A stretch of DNA of 64,000 nt, taken from Alloascoidea hylecoeti (taxonomy: Eukaryota). The stretch lies in the NCBI GenBank assembly GCA_001600815.1, contig BCKZ01000022.1:90982-154981 (forward strand), read 5' to 3'. The translations under genes and the position numbers were made by a program. Position 1 is the first letter of the stretch; each line of letters begins with the position of its first letter. The notes under the pieces were generated by a model. It worked only from the letters and a program-made list of their open reading frames with translations. It was not told the DNA's origin and ran no database searches. This document shows positions 24,821-38,430 of the stretch, piece by piece.

Positions 24821-25180
24821 AAGATGTGTAAGATAAAATTAAAAGTTTCGGAAGATTTTTAATCCAATTTTACCTGTTTCAATATTAAAAATAACATAGC
24901 AAATAGTTTTTTAATTATTATCGAATTATCATTAAGATAACCTTCATAAAAAAAAACTTTGACATAGCTAATTATTAAGGAACAACAAATTGGATCAAAA
25001 GTTGTGTAGGATAAAAAATTTAAAGGTTCCAAATGATTTTAATCCAATTTTACCTGTTTCAATATCTGAAAATAAAATAGCAAATAGGTTTTAATTATTA
25101 TCGAATTATCATTAAGATAACCTTCATAAAAAAAACACCTTTAATATAGCAAATTATTAAGGAACAACAAACTGGATCAA
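24821..25180. repeat. Diverged tandem duplication of a ~180 bp unit, each with internal 12 bp inverted repeats
   Basis: Units 24821-24998 and 24999-25180 share long identical blocks, e.g. TTAATTATTATCGAATTATCATTAAGATAACCTTCAT and AATCCAATTTTACCTGTTTCAATAT. Confidence 0.9.
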
Positions 25181-26232
25181 TTATCATAAGCGTAGTTTTT
25201 AAGAGTATAATTTTCATAATTATAATCAGTAGCGAGAGAAGAGATGTAGGATAAGGAGTGAGTAAGTATAAGGAGATTAATGCATCATAGCAAAAATTGA
25301 TAACAAAGAAAGAAAAAAACAAGTTCAAATTTTCAATTTAAACACAATCAACCATCAACAATGTAAAAGAAACCAATTGTAATATATTAAGAAAACAAAA
25401 ATTATTATTAAATAAATCATCCATGTTTATATTTCGTTAATATGACATTTTTAATATAATATTAAATCTTCGAATTCCATTCAAAAAGAGTTAAAAATCC
25501 ATAAACTTCAATACCAAATTTCCAACATTAAAGATAAAAGATTATAATAGAACCATTAAAATCCCCCCTTTAAATTATAATAATAATTCATAATGTATCA
25601 TTTTCAAGATATAATATGACGTTAAAATTTAATATTAATATTAATGTTGTAATTGAGTTATTAATTTAAGGTTTAATATATTATAACCAAGCCCAAGAAG
25701 GGATTAAATAAATTAATGAGGGAAATATAATATTAATATTAAGGGATTGGTTGTTAATAAAGGGATATAAAAAGCATAGCGCTTAAATTGTAAAACAACA
25801 ATAATAAGCAACCAAAGCAACCAAATTTTTGTCAAACAAGGGAAAAGCAAAAATGAATTTATGATAAATTTCAAAATTTCAAAATATAAACAACTGAGGT
25901 TTTGATTTTATGGGTGATGATTGTTGTGTAGAAATATATGAATAAAATGTGTCTCGTTTTTCTTCTTCTTTTAGAAAAAATCAATGATAAAAAAAGCCAT
26001 GTTACATAAAAACAAACAAAAAATTTAAAAAAAAAAGTACAAAAATTTATAAAAATTCAAAAAAAAAACAAAAATCTTTCTTTTGTTTAAATCATTTATA
26101 GATCAAATAGCGTATAATAATCATTATCATTTGTAAAGAAATAATAAAAATCAATAAAATCATTTTCATTTATATCATAATTTAAGTAATATCATGATCA
26201 TGAAATCTTTCATTAATTCTTATAAAATGCAA

Positions 26233-28374
26233 TTACAAAGCAATAACAAGACCAACAATTAAACCAGCAACAACAACTAAACAAAAAGCACCACCAATTA
26301 ATCCTGAAATTAATTTATGTTTACTACAAACAGTACCAATATATTTATCTAAATATCCAGAAGACATTAAGATTAATAATGGTGGGAATAAACATAATAA
26401 TGACATAATTGCTAAAGATTTTGATTTTGAACAATGTTTTTGATGTTTTTTATTAAATAATAATGGTTTTTCAAATGGATCTTCTTTTTCATTATAATCA
26501 TAATTATTAATTAAATTTTTAAAGTGTGATGATGGAGTTTTTATTTTACGTAATGTTGTTGGTGTTGTTGTTGAAATTTCAATTGATGTTGAATTTGGTA
26601 ATGGTATAAAAACTTTTTTATTATTTGAATCTTTTGATTTTTCTTTTAAAATTGCTGGATTTTGATATTGATTAGTTAATGACATTAACGACGATAAATC
26701 ATCATTATCTGGTACATAAATACCTAAACCATTATCATTTTCATTTAAATCATGATCTTTTAATGAACTAATACTTGATTTTTTAGAACCTAATGATATA
26801 CGATTTTTTAAATTTCTTAAATTTTCACGTAAAGATGAACCATTTGAATTAATTGATGATGGTTTAGCTTCAACATTTGTTTGTCGAGTTTCTGATGTTG
26901 GAGATGATGGTGTAAATTTTGGATAAATCACTGCTTCACCAAATTTAGTATCTAATGGTGATGAAGTTGTTGATAATGCATGAGTATAACCATAAGAAAT
27001 TGATTCTTTTGGAGTTGTTGGTATATCATAATTTGCTTGTGATCTTAATTGACCAAAAGAAGATTTTGACATTTTTTTAAGACTACTTTTTAATGGTTTT
27101 GGATTTGTTAAAGTTGAATTTCTACCAAATAAAGAAATTGAAGATTTTGATACATGAACATCAGATTTTGAATTTGAAAGACGTAAAGAAGTTTTTGGAG
27201 ATGTAAATTCAATACCGCCAAAACTTGAAGATGAAGATGATGGTGCATTTGAAGATTCATCATTTAAAAAAGCTTCTCTTTGTCCACGACTAGGTTGATA
27301 TAATTCATCAGAATTAGAATTAGAAGGTGAATGTGAAGATTTTGAAGATTTACGATGTAACGTATCACGTAATGATTGTTTTAAAGATTCTAAAGAATGA
27401 TTTGAATTTGAATTTTCATTATGATTTTTAAAAACTGAGCTATTTTCAGATCTTGATTTTGATGCAGATGCGGAAGAGATTGTATTACTTTTCGATTGAA
27501 TAGGAGGTAATGGAGGTTCAAAATTTGAAGTATTTATACGTTTTGAACGACCAAAATTTAAAGATGGAAACTCAGAACCGAAAAATCCAGGAATATAAGC
27601 TTCTTTACGATGTCTTGAAGAAGTAGAAGTATTTCTTGAAACATTAACATTAACAGTATTTGTTGTTGTTGTTGGAGCAGAAGTTTTAGTTTTTGGACCA
27701 GGTGATGGAGGTACAGGAGAACCAACATCTGAATCTGATAATATAATTGACTCTACTTCAGAAGCTGAAGATTCTAAATTTATATCTTGTATTGTAAAAT
27801 TAACAGTTGGTTTTATTGACAAATCAGGAGTTGAAGAAGTTAAAGGAGCGCTAGCTTTATATGCAGAATGCTTTGAAGATTCACGGGAATGTTCTCCCGA
27901 ATCTGGATGTAGTAGTAAACCTTTTGGTACTTCTTCTAAAAAAGGATCGAAAACTGGTCGCGGTAAACTATTTCTTGGACTGTGGAAAAAGGAGGTTTCG
28001 GGCGTTGTCACATTGGAGCTCTCACGAGTATGAGATGTTATTGAAGATCTTCCTGTCGCGGAAGTTGTTGTACGTGTAACATCACTGCGTAAGGAGGATT
28101 CCCTTTTAAACAGTTTCGTGAAAGCCTCTGCTCTCGAAGGAGTTCTTCGTTTTGGTATTTCCGATGTAACGGGTAGAGTTGGATAAAAAGGTTTTTCCTT
28201 GAGACTTTCGTAACTTTCCTTACGTCGGGCGACGAGTGACTGGGACCCATGCAAGGAGGACGGGAGAGGGAGGGGCGGGAGGGCTTTATTAGGGGTGTCA
28301 GGAGAAGGGGAGGAGTCGAATTGCTCGTGGAAAGAGGAGGTTTTGATGGATTTGAGGGAGGGTTTCGAAGGCAT
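26233..28374 (-). CDS. Ser-rich protein with two C-terminal TM helices, Bud8/Bud9-like polarity landmark
   Basis: Long S/T/P-rich region, then LLCLFPPLLILM and LVVVAGLIVGLVIAL, matching the Bud8/9 'PPL..' and 'AGI.IG' hairpin. First ATG is at 28374; the ORF track starts at a TTG. Confidence 0.65.
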   Translation of the reverse strand: MPSKPSLKSIKTSSFHEQFDSSPSPDTPNKALPPLPLPSSLHGSQSLVARRKESYESLKEKPFYPTLPVTSEIPKRRTPSRAEAFTKLFKRESSLRSDVTRTTTSATGRSSITSHTRESSNVTTPETSFFHSPRNSLPRPVFDPFLEEVPKGLLLHPDSGEHSRESSKHSAYKASAPLTSSTPDLSIKPTVNFTIQDINLESSASEVESIILSDSDVGSPVPPSPGPKTKTSAPTTTTNTVNVNVSRNTSTSSRHRKEAYIPGFFGSEFPSLNFGRSKRINTSNFEPPLPPIQSKSNTISSASASKSRSENSSVFKNHNENSNSNHSLESLKQSLRDTLHRKSSKSSHSPSNSNSDELYQPSRGQREAFLNDESSNAPSSSSSSFGGIEFTSPKTSLRLSNSKSDVHVSKSSISLFGRNSTLTNPKPLKSSLKKMSKSSFGQLRSQANYDIPTTPKESISYGYTHALSTTSSPLDTKFGEAVIYPKFTPSSPTSETRQTNVEAKPSSINSNGSSLRENLRNLKNRISLGSKKSSISSLKDHDLNENDNGLGIYVPDNDDLSSLMSLTNQYQNPAILKEKSKDSNNKKVFIPLPNSTSIEISTTTPTTLRKIKTPSSHFKNLINNYDYNEKEDPFEKPLLFNKKHQKHCSKSKSLAIMSLLCLFPPLLILMSSGYLDKYIGTVCSKHKLISGLIGGAFCLVVVAGLIVGLVIAL

Positions 28375-30756
28375 CGTGCCCAATAAGAATATTTATGAAC
28401 GAATGAATTCTGGTCGGTTGCTGAACAATCTCAATTTGCAAATCTGAGAGAAAAGTTACTTATCAAGCACTCGGATAAATAGGGAAACTCATCGGCAGAA
28501 ACTTGCAGTGGGAATGCTTGTTAAAATGCACAAAAATGCAGCTGGGGAATGTGTCCACTTAAATATGGCCATGTAAAGAGCGTGGAATGGTGTCCCCCAT
28601 CGGATTAATCAGTCCCATACACCAATGTCATTTCACATACCCCATATTCTAGATCAGGTAAAACATGTTGTTCTTCATACTGTTCCACTCAATTACATCA
28701 TTCAGTAACCATTAGAATATCTAATTATAAACATATTTAATCAAAGCATATCATCAAAACATCACCAACAACCAGATTCATATGACAATTGCCATTGAAA
28801 CTGATTGTATAATTATATAATTTTGTAGACATTGTTTATTGTAACCGTATATGTAATCTGCAATTGTATTCAATTGAACTTTAATTGTGATTTTAAATAA
28901 AATCAAAATTTAAATGTAAAGCATTCATATAAAAATAAAAATAAAAAAAATATCGACATTAATTAACATCAATATTAACTCCTTTTCTAATTCTAGACTG
29001 ATAATTTTTGGTCATTTTTCCATGATATAAAACAACAAGTTTAAACTGAAACCGAAAATACAAAGTTTGAAAATTTCAAGACAATCAGTTGAAATCAAGG
29101 CCAAACTAAAGACCAAAATCAAGACCAAAATCAAGACCAAATCGAAGACAATAAACCCAATATTACCCATTTTATATAAATTAAATGATCATATGCATTT
29201 AAATTCATCATCTTTATTGGTATTGATCAAATTTAAAACAAAAAATGAAAACTTATAATTTACGAACAATTACTATCAACAATATATTAATAATATAAAT
29301 TTTAATGACCATTAATAATAAACCCGATTGATTTTATAAAAAGAAAAGTGGTAATGGAAACTAGTGGCAGTGGCAGTGGTTCAATAAATAATTGATTAAT
29401 TAACTCAATTTTAAAACCTTCGATTAAAGTCATTCAAATCAAATCAAATCAACATTAATCAACTTTAATTCAATACGATTTTATAAACAAATACAACAAA
29501 AGAGAATTGTTATTATAATATATATTTATAGAATGCGTGATCACGATAATTATTAAAAAATAATAATATATCAATGATTGATCCAATAATAACAAAACTA
29601 AACAATTGCAAAACAAAACAAGAGAAAAATGTAAACAAAACAAATCCAAACCTTTTTTATTTATCTTGTAAAAAGCCAATCCCATAAACATAACAGAACA
29701 TAACCATAAGCTTAATTATATAAATTTTTTAATCCGATTTTTTTAATTTTTTTAATTTTTTATTCTTATAATAGTAAAGAAACCCACCATACCTTTAATT
29801 TTTCTTTAAAAAAAAAAAATCCTAATCCTTTTTAACTGTAATACCTTTAAATAAAAAAAAAGCCTTAAGAGTTTATACCAAAACACTTATTTTCATTTGC
29901 AATAATACTGTAACCGATCTAGCAAATAAATTCAAAAAAAACGAAATGATAAAAGAGAAATACTTTATGGAATATAAAGGTAAAATACTTAAGATGAAAA
30001 CGATAAATACTAAACTTAAATGGAAAAAGATATAAAAATGAAAAATGTATAATGTGATATAGAAAAGATATGATAACGATTTTTATGTTAATAAATGTAT
30101 GTAAGATAATGAAAATTTTCAAAAAACGTAATGAAAACTCCCCCAAATTTTTTTTTTGAAATCCAAAAACCAAGAACCTAGAAATATAAATATAAATAAA
30201 TAAACAGAGGAAAAATTTTAAATTGCATAAAATGATAAATAAAGAAACAAAATTTTTTTAAAAGATATTTTATTTTTAGAACATTAAAATGTAAAGTTAT
30301 AATAATAATAATAATAGTAATAATAATAGTAATAATAACAATAATAGCAAGTAACAATAATAAAAAACAATGAAATAATGAATGTAAATTCAATAGTGTA
30401 TACCTATTCCATGATAATAAAACCAAAACTCAAAAGATAAAAGACAAAAATGAAGAACGAATGTAGCAAACCACTTTTATGACAAATGAAGAAACAATAA
30501 CCAGTCAAATAATAGCAGCAATAATAATAATAGTAGTAGTAATAATAGTAAATAAATAAGACCAACAAAAAAAGAAAAATGGATATTTTTAAATTCTTTT
30601 ATAAAAGCCTTAAAAACCTGAAACCTGAAATAAACCTGAACCAGAAAGCCAAATCCATAAAATGAAAAAGCCATAGCTTAAACAAAAGCTAATATAAAAT
30701 AAAAAGTTATTTTTTAATAATAGAACCAACCAATCTGTTAATAATAATATTAATAA

Positions 30757-31557
30757 TTAAAGACGATAATTTAACTCATCAATATCAAAATCTAAACCCA
30801 GACCATACTCTTGTTTTATTGATGAATTTGAAACACGATATTGTTTAATAGTATCAGGATTTAATAATGCATTAGAAGTACATGAATCAGTAGTATTCAT
30901 ATTAACGTTAACACTGTTACCATTACCATTTGGATTATTTTCAAACAAGGGGAAGTCATCTTTTTCATAGAGATATTCAAACCCATCTAAAGAATCACAA
31001 ACTGAACCTTGTTTATCCTGAGAAGGTAATAAAGGAGTAGTATGAGCAGAATCAAAATCTAATGGTGGAACAGTATCAGTCGAAGGGCATGACAAGTCAT
31101 AATCACTTGACTGCTCAGGAGTAGTCATAGAATAAGTGTTATTATAAGTAGTTGTATCATTAACAGTAGCAGTAGCAGCAGCTGAGTGAAACTGAACCAA
31201 ATAACTCAACTGTTTAATCTGGTCAACCATCACATAGTGCTGATTAACCATTTCAACCTGTTGTTTTTTGGTTCTAATCAATTCCTCGTTCAAGCCATCA
31301 TTTATTTCTTCCAATTGCTTGCACTTTTCCTCGAGATCAGCAAGATGTCTTCTTTTACGCTCTCTTGAGGCATGGGCAGCCTGCCGATTTCTCATGATAC
31401 GCTCAATACGACGTTGTTCTTTTTCTTGAGAAGTCTTAGCTCTTTTGCGTGGGGGTAAAGAACCGGGAGGAAGTGGGAGAGAAATGATTTCCTTGTGCTT
31501 ATTTGGGCCTGAACCGACGGTGACGGTGATGGAGGAATTGTCTAGTTTATCCTGCAT
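30757..31557 (-). CDS. HAC1: bZIP unfolded-protein-response transcription factor Hac1
   Basis: LPPRKRAKT..EKEQRRIERIMRNRQAAHASRERKR..L..LE is the Hac1 signature. Confidence 0.93.
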   Translation of the reverse strand: MQDKLDNSSITVTVGSGPNKHKEIISLPLPPGSLPPRKRAKTSQEKEQRRIERIMRNRQAAHASRERKRRHLADLEEKCKQLEEINDGLNEELIRTKKQQVEMVNQHYVMVDQIKQLSYLVQFHSAAATATVNDTTTYNNTYSMTTPEQSSDYDLSCPSTDTVPPLDFDSAHTTPLLPSQDKQGSVCDSLDGFEYLYEKDDFPLFENNPNGNGNSVNVNMNTTDSCTSNALLNPDTIKQYRVSNSSIKQEYGLGLDFDIDELNYRL

Positions 31558-34500
31558 TTTCGGAGTACTACTGTGTACCTTTTAGAGTGTTGAATGGTGA
31601 AGTAAAGTGTTGAAGGTGAGTGATGGGAAAAAGAGAGTGGCGAATCTTTTTCATTTATATATCGAAGGTGAAACTAGTAGGGCAACATGACGACTGTTGC
31701 GAGGACACCCATTGAGACACCAACTGAAGATTGGGACTCTGATTGGCTGTTAGCTTTATCTCCGATCATGCATTTATGCTTTAACGTGCAGCTGGGTGCA
31801 TTCAGGGGTGCATGATACCTCCGGACATCACGGTCACGTGTAGCCACATTATTTCTGTCAATTGAAAATAAAATATTATTATCAGAACTTAAGCTTAAAT
31901 TGACAACCTTGAATCTCTAATCTGTCATTGATCATATGAAATTCAATTCATAAAGTCGTTAATGTTTAATACGAATTATTTCATCAGGTGTTTGTGTCAT
32001 TTTGGTTTCAAATCCCAATGTTAATATTAATCTTAACGAAGTTAACATTGAGCTATAATATGTTCATACAATATAATGGATAATATTAACATCTACCCAC
32101 AATTAGCTATGACCTGTGATCAATATAGCATATTTTTCAGGCCACCCTAGGTTCCAAACTTCCATGGCTAAACCGCTATATCCTTACAAGATTCTTTTCT
32201 TTTTATTCCACTATATCTGGTTATCTAAAGTGTGATGGATAGCGCTTATACTGTAGGAAAATCACAATCTTAAATTCCTAATAATGAACAGGCTGTTAAA
32301 CTTCAATTGAATCTTCAAGGTGTAATCGTGAGTACTAATTATAACGCTTAGATACAAATTAAATATGCAAAAGCTAGATGACGATATTAATATTTCATGA
32401 TTATACCTATTAATATATATAATATTTAATATCTATCAATAGATTCAATTGCAATACCTAGTACTGGTTACTGTTAGATATCATAATGACCATGAATCAT
32501 ATTCTATCTACTTTCAAACTAGCTATTTACCTGTATAATATTGTAATTTAATCGTAGATATCAATGTTATATGGTTAAAAGTATAGATTGCAAAATTTCC
32601 ATTTGCAAATTAAATGATCTAAAAAGTATGGCTAAACCAATCTTTAATTATAATCCTAATATTAATCCTTAATATTTGCTTATATACAATCAACATTAAC
32701 CCTCTATTTTATGAACAAAATTCGGATCTAAAAAACCTAGCTATAGAATTATATTACGTATACTATAGCGAATATTAATCATAAATTAAAGCTTGATTTC
32801 AATTGGGTTGAAGAGCTGATAAAGAATGTCTGTTTCATCTTTCAAAAAATGATGATTGAATTGAATAGAAGTTGTATACTTAAACATTTTGTTTGTTCAT
32901 GAAACATATCTAATCAATCGCTCTATACTACTAGTTGATTTTATGATTATTGGCCATCATTATATGGATCTAGAAGAAGAAAAACAAGTTTCTTGAGGGA
33001 GAAAAACCATCAAAAATTCATTACAACTGCAGATTCATTAAGAATCTATTAAGAATGGTTAATCATAATTGAAAAAAAGGTTTCAATCGATATATGCATA
33101 TATTACGTATTAACTATTACCATAAAATATAAGCGCTGAAAATTGTAAAAATTATAATTTGTCTAAATCTATTTCTAAAAGCTTATTTATTACGTATAAA
33201 TAATAATATGTAGTTTTTGTCTCTATTTTACATACTGTATGTTTAAATTTACGCTTCCATGATCATAGGCATATTCAATTAAAGAAAATTAAACATATTT
33301 AGAAATTTGTTTGGTTTTAAACTTTAAAATTTAGAAATGATCAAGTTACCATAGCTATAATATATAACTTTTTGTAGAAATTATAGGAATGTAGGAGAAA
33401 CTCTTACAAGTCAACTGCAACTAATTCTAACAAAGAAGAAAAAAGAGCTCAATTGTCGGGAAGACTCTCGGAAGAAAGCTACCATCCACTCAAAATTAAA
33501 CATTGATCTCCTATGAAAGCATAAGCCTCATGCATATGACATAATTGATTATTATTAATATTTAATGAATAAATACATTTATGAATAGAAGTTCAAACAT
33601 AACCTCTAATATTACCTCTATCCATATTTTCAATCATTCCATGAATTTAATCTTTCGATTTATCATTTCTAAATATAACAATCACGTATTTCAATCAAAA
33701 TTGATTGATTGGAAGGCATGAACGTTTAAAACAATCTCATCGTATACAAATTATAACACGATTGCGAAAGAAGAAGAAAAGCCCTAAAAAAAAGTAAAGA
33801 GAAGAAAAATGTGTAGTTATTGCTTAAGCTTGCGTAATTAGATTTCTATAGCTACTGAGATTAATACCCCTTCGAAGCTTCGGGTTCTAATGCAGAAGCA
33901 ATTTATCAATCGATTACCCACCACCATATTCCCAACGGATTTAAAAAAAGAAAGTGTTTATAATTATAGGTCTATATAATTTATGTTTATATTTATAAAT
34001 GTATAATTCCTTTTATGTTTAGTTGCGTCATATGATCATGGTATTAATTAACAGTTTAATATTTTATTTTTGTTTTTGTGATCTTAAGCTTGTGATTTGA
34101 TCTTGATTCTTGGTATTTCGGTAATTTGGTAATGCTGTTAGAATAATTCAATAGAAAATAATAATTGTGATTTTTCAAATTCAAGTTCAAATTTGGAAAA
34201 AAGAAAAGATAGAAGAGATGTTTAAGATTAATTCAATCACCACAGTTTATCAAATGTTTTTTAGCTTTCCACATGTTTTCCCAAGAATATTGACTCTAAT
34301 TAGAGACTTCACTGGCTTCATGATCAAACCTCAGAGACAAAATTAATAATGATAATAATAGTATCATCATTATTATTTAATTTTTAATCATCCTTCCTAG
34401 TTCCCGAGTTAATATTTATATAATGTCTAAGGAATATTACTTGATCTTTAATATATCGTTGCTGTTGGGAACTATATAATTAATCATAAGTAGCGAGGTT

Positions 34501-37500
34501 ATTTTATTTCGTACCACATAATTATGCGATATATCAATTTTAACTTAATAAATAAATAGATAGATCTACAAATCCATCATAATTGAATCTCTTGAACGAA
34601 TGATCCCAAAAATCAAGTTGAAAAATTTTCAATTGACATTAATTAACGATTGAAAAGACTGTATATATCATACATCGATTGATGATAATGTTCTTTTGTA
34701 TACATAAATTTAAAGGGGTATTTAGCAATTGTATAGTATACGTAACTAAAGTATCACAGTAATTTGTAAGATAGTTTTTCAGAAGAATTAATATAGGCCT
34801 ACATTTACACGATAGAGTAGGATAAATCAATTACAATTTCAACTGACTTTAAATTTGATTTTAAGTTTGGTAAATTATAATATTCCTACCTATTTTCAAT
34901 TTTCATGGTATACTTGAATAATTTCTTCTATAATTTTATAATCGTAAATTCGTAATAAACTTTAAAATTCAGATGGATTTGCCATATATCGTTAATTGAA
35001 TAAGAATAATGAGAAGGATAATTATAATTATTACTTTGATAAGGGCTTTCATATAAATGGCCATTTATACTCTTAGGATACGCGAATATAGACATGTTGT
35101 CAACATTTTCGTGTAACCTTTAGACCTGTAAGTGGAATAAGGTTCATTAAACCTTAATTAACATTTTATATCTTGTTTTCGCACGGCTGATGATACTTTT
35201 CGTTTAAGGTAATAAACAGTTAAAAGAAACATATATCGATTCACAATTAAATAAAAATAATGATAACCGTTTAAAAGTTCAAACGCCGGGGTTCCATTGG
35301 TTTAGATATCATTTTTGATCACGTGTGAATTAAATAAACGTCAAACGGTACCTTTTATTTTAGGAAATAATAATTTCTGCTTTTGAGTTCTGTGTGCAAT
35401 CGAAATTTGACAAACTTAAAATATTAAGGTTCAAGTCCTTTCATATACAATAATATATAATGAATTTTTTCTTCACGTTATCTCACATAACCATATAATT
35501 ATAGATTAAATTTATTTGAAAGACTTATAATGATTATTTAGTTATTAGCTTGAAATTGTTAAGAGAACGGCGTTATCTATAGATATTAATGATATAGTAA
35601 AAATAATTAATTATGTAGGTTAATTTAGTGAAATTTTAGAATTATAAATTGAGATATATCTAATGTAATGAATTAAACCAACTCAAGAATGTCCAATTCA
35701 ACTTTAATAGTAGCAAAAGATCCACATTAGAGAACAATCTATGATAGATCTAATCTTTAAGATTTGATGTCGATCTGATACGCGTTCAGTTATACAGTTG
35801 CAATGAACATGACTGACTAAATAATAGAACAAACAACAGTCATTATAACTTATATTATATTAATTGCCTATAGGTCTTATATAAATTTATTATATTTTAC
35901 AATCAGTTGCAGATGAATTTCTTTATTTCTTAATCCGTCAACTTTATTATCAGTATGATAATATAGGTTAGATAAACCTTAAGCTTAGCTAGAGATACCA
36001 CGAATTTCATTGAGGAAGACGAGATATTTTTGATCTAGTATTTAAGAATTATTATCAGTAAACTCGCACAAACCGAAAAATGTTCCCATGTTCTATATTG
36101 CACAAACAACAAGTCGTCAATATTCTATTATAGTTTATTATATAATTGATAATATCGCTCTGTATAGTTGTTTAAGCTTAAGCTCCTATAAATGTAATTT
36201 GAATCTGTTAACTGAAAATAGAGTTAGGAATTTTTAATCTTACATACTTATATTAGGCACCGTATTCATGGAATACAGTGAACTCTTGAACACGAGGGGA
36301 GCAAAAACAGAAACACAACTAGATTTTTTCAGGCTTATAGCTAATGATATTGTTAATATATCTGCCTATGTACAAACCAGTAACAATAGAGTTTTCAATT
36401 GCACTACTAACTAATAAAGATTGCAATAAAGTATGACAATCTCAAACAGTTAATTGCAATGATTCAGTAATCCACTTCATTTCGGAAGATTCCACAGAAC
36501 TAGAGGATATACAGTTTTTATCAACAACAGAACAATATTAGGTTGTAAATACCACTAAGTGTAAATAGCAACTGCATAGAACCACTTGAAAGAATGCAAT
36601 AGCTGGACGAATAATTTATTTTCCGATTAAAATATTCCCTAATTAGAGTCAAAGCCAATTGCAGCTTTGCCAAATAAATACATAAATTATATAACATGAA
36701 TATACAGTTTTATAAATATTGATTATATTAAATATGATAATTATAGTGTTATATATCTTAAGCAGCTGCTTAAAGTTCCGTGGTATACTTTAATAGTGAT
36801 GAGTTGAAAGTATGCGTGCGTACTCGAAGCACTACTGAAAGCGTCGATAGATGTGACCCATCAAGTTTAGTAGAAGTGTAAAAATATAAACACTATGGCT
36901 ATTTTTGAGTTAATTTCATATATTCTAAATATTCTTCATTCTTAAGTAGTTTAAGCGCTACACAAGAAAATATCACAATTTGTATTTGGAAATCTTTTTA
37001 TTTCCCTCACCGAAATGAATGATCAAAAACTTCTAGAAAATACTTGGCCAACATATCGGGAACTTTCTTTTATGATGGTTATCACCAGTTCATCAAATCA
37101 TATGTTTCCTTTCCTCACCTTTATTTAAGGGATGCGCTATACCAACTTAAGGTCCAGTTTTCTATGATGGACACAGAAGTGATACGGGACATCCCATTCT
37201 CAACAGTAAACTTAATATCAAATGAACCCTAACCCAAATTTAGGAGCAGCAAAACACCTAGCTATAACTTATATATTAGTATACCATAATCAATGGGATG
37301 TTTATGTTTGTTTTTCTTAATATTCCATTTTTTATTATGCCTTATTGATATAATTTGGATTGGATGCCAGTATTATCTGTGTTTGAATTCCATTTGTGTT
37401 TGTGCTTTAATGGTATTTCTGATGGAATCTGGAAGTTGGAAGGTGGACAGTTGTTTTGCAGTAGCTTAAAATAAAGAGAAACCTTGGGACAGAACTGTGT

Positions 37501-38430
37501 GAGGCGGAAGGCTGGATAGGACTTCTTGGGGAATTATTAACTAAGGTATAGATGTATGTTTTGTAAGGAAACCTTTCATTTTGTAAGCTGTTGCTGAAAT
37601 TTTAATTCGGGTTATAATTATCAGTATTATTGCTGTATGTCAGCCAGGTCTTGGAAAAAACGCGTAATATTGCATGAATTGTAAATTCTCCATTCAATAT
37701 AAATGATTGAGAAATACAGGACGTCCATTTTATAATAAACAAAGGAGAACTTGGGGTGGTTCAACTTCCGTATCTTCGTTTGATAGAGTGAAATTACTCA
37801 CCAAAAATATTCCAAAGGATGATATTGAATTTTTACTTGATATAACAAACGAATCACCATTTGAAGAAAAAGAAGGAGATGATGATAAATATAATGTAGT
37901 TGGACTATCTGAGACAAATAAGTATCCTGAAGTTGATAAATAATCCTCAATTTTCCTCAATTTTGTTCGATATAATCAAATAGTAGTAAAGCCATATAAT
38001 ATTGAATTAGATAATTCATTTTCAGAAGAAATAATGTCATCATACATCATTATGTTTGAACCAAACACCACATATGTATTTATTAGAAGAGTTGAAGTTT
38101 ATCAATCTATCTATCATAATATATACTCAAAAACTTATTTGAATGTTTGAGAATAATGTACTATTAATGTAATATTTGTGAACAATATGAAGTTGTTAAT
38201 CCGTTGTAATTGTTCGCAGATAATATATGTTGATGCCGTTATGTACGAACAATGTGAGATAGATATAATTATAGAAGAAAATGATAGTATTACATTTGAT
38301 TTTTATATATTTACTTAAATATACGGTTGTCATACTTTGAATGTTTGTATATTTTGCTTTCTTATAGTTAATCATATAAACCTGTAAACGAATATCCTAA
38401 TAGGACAGTCAACCAATTTAGTAATAAATC

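Noticed and set aside
29470..30674. Hydrophobic minus-strand ORFs downstream of HAC1 (and at 24066-25328)
   Set aside because: Artefacts of U-rich simple sequence giving F/L/I runs; no family motifs and several non-ATG starts.
35426..35440. T-arm-like hairpin AAGG-TTCAAGT-CCTT suggesting a tRNA
   Set aside because: No D-arm, anticodon arm or acceptor stem can be built; at most an isolated B-box.
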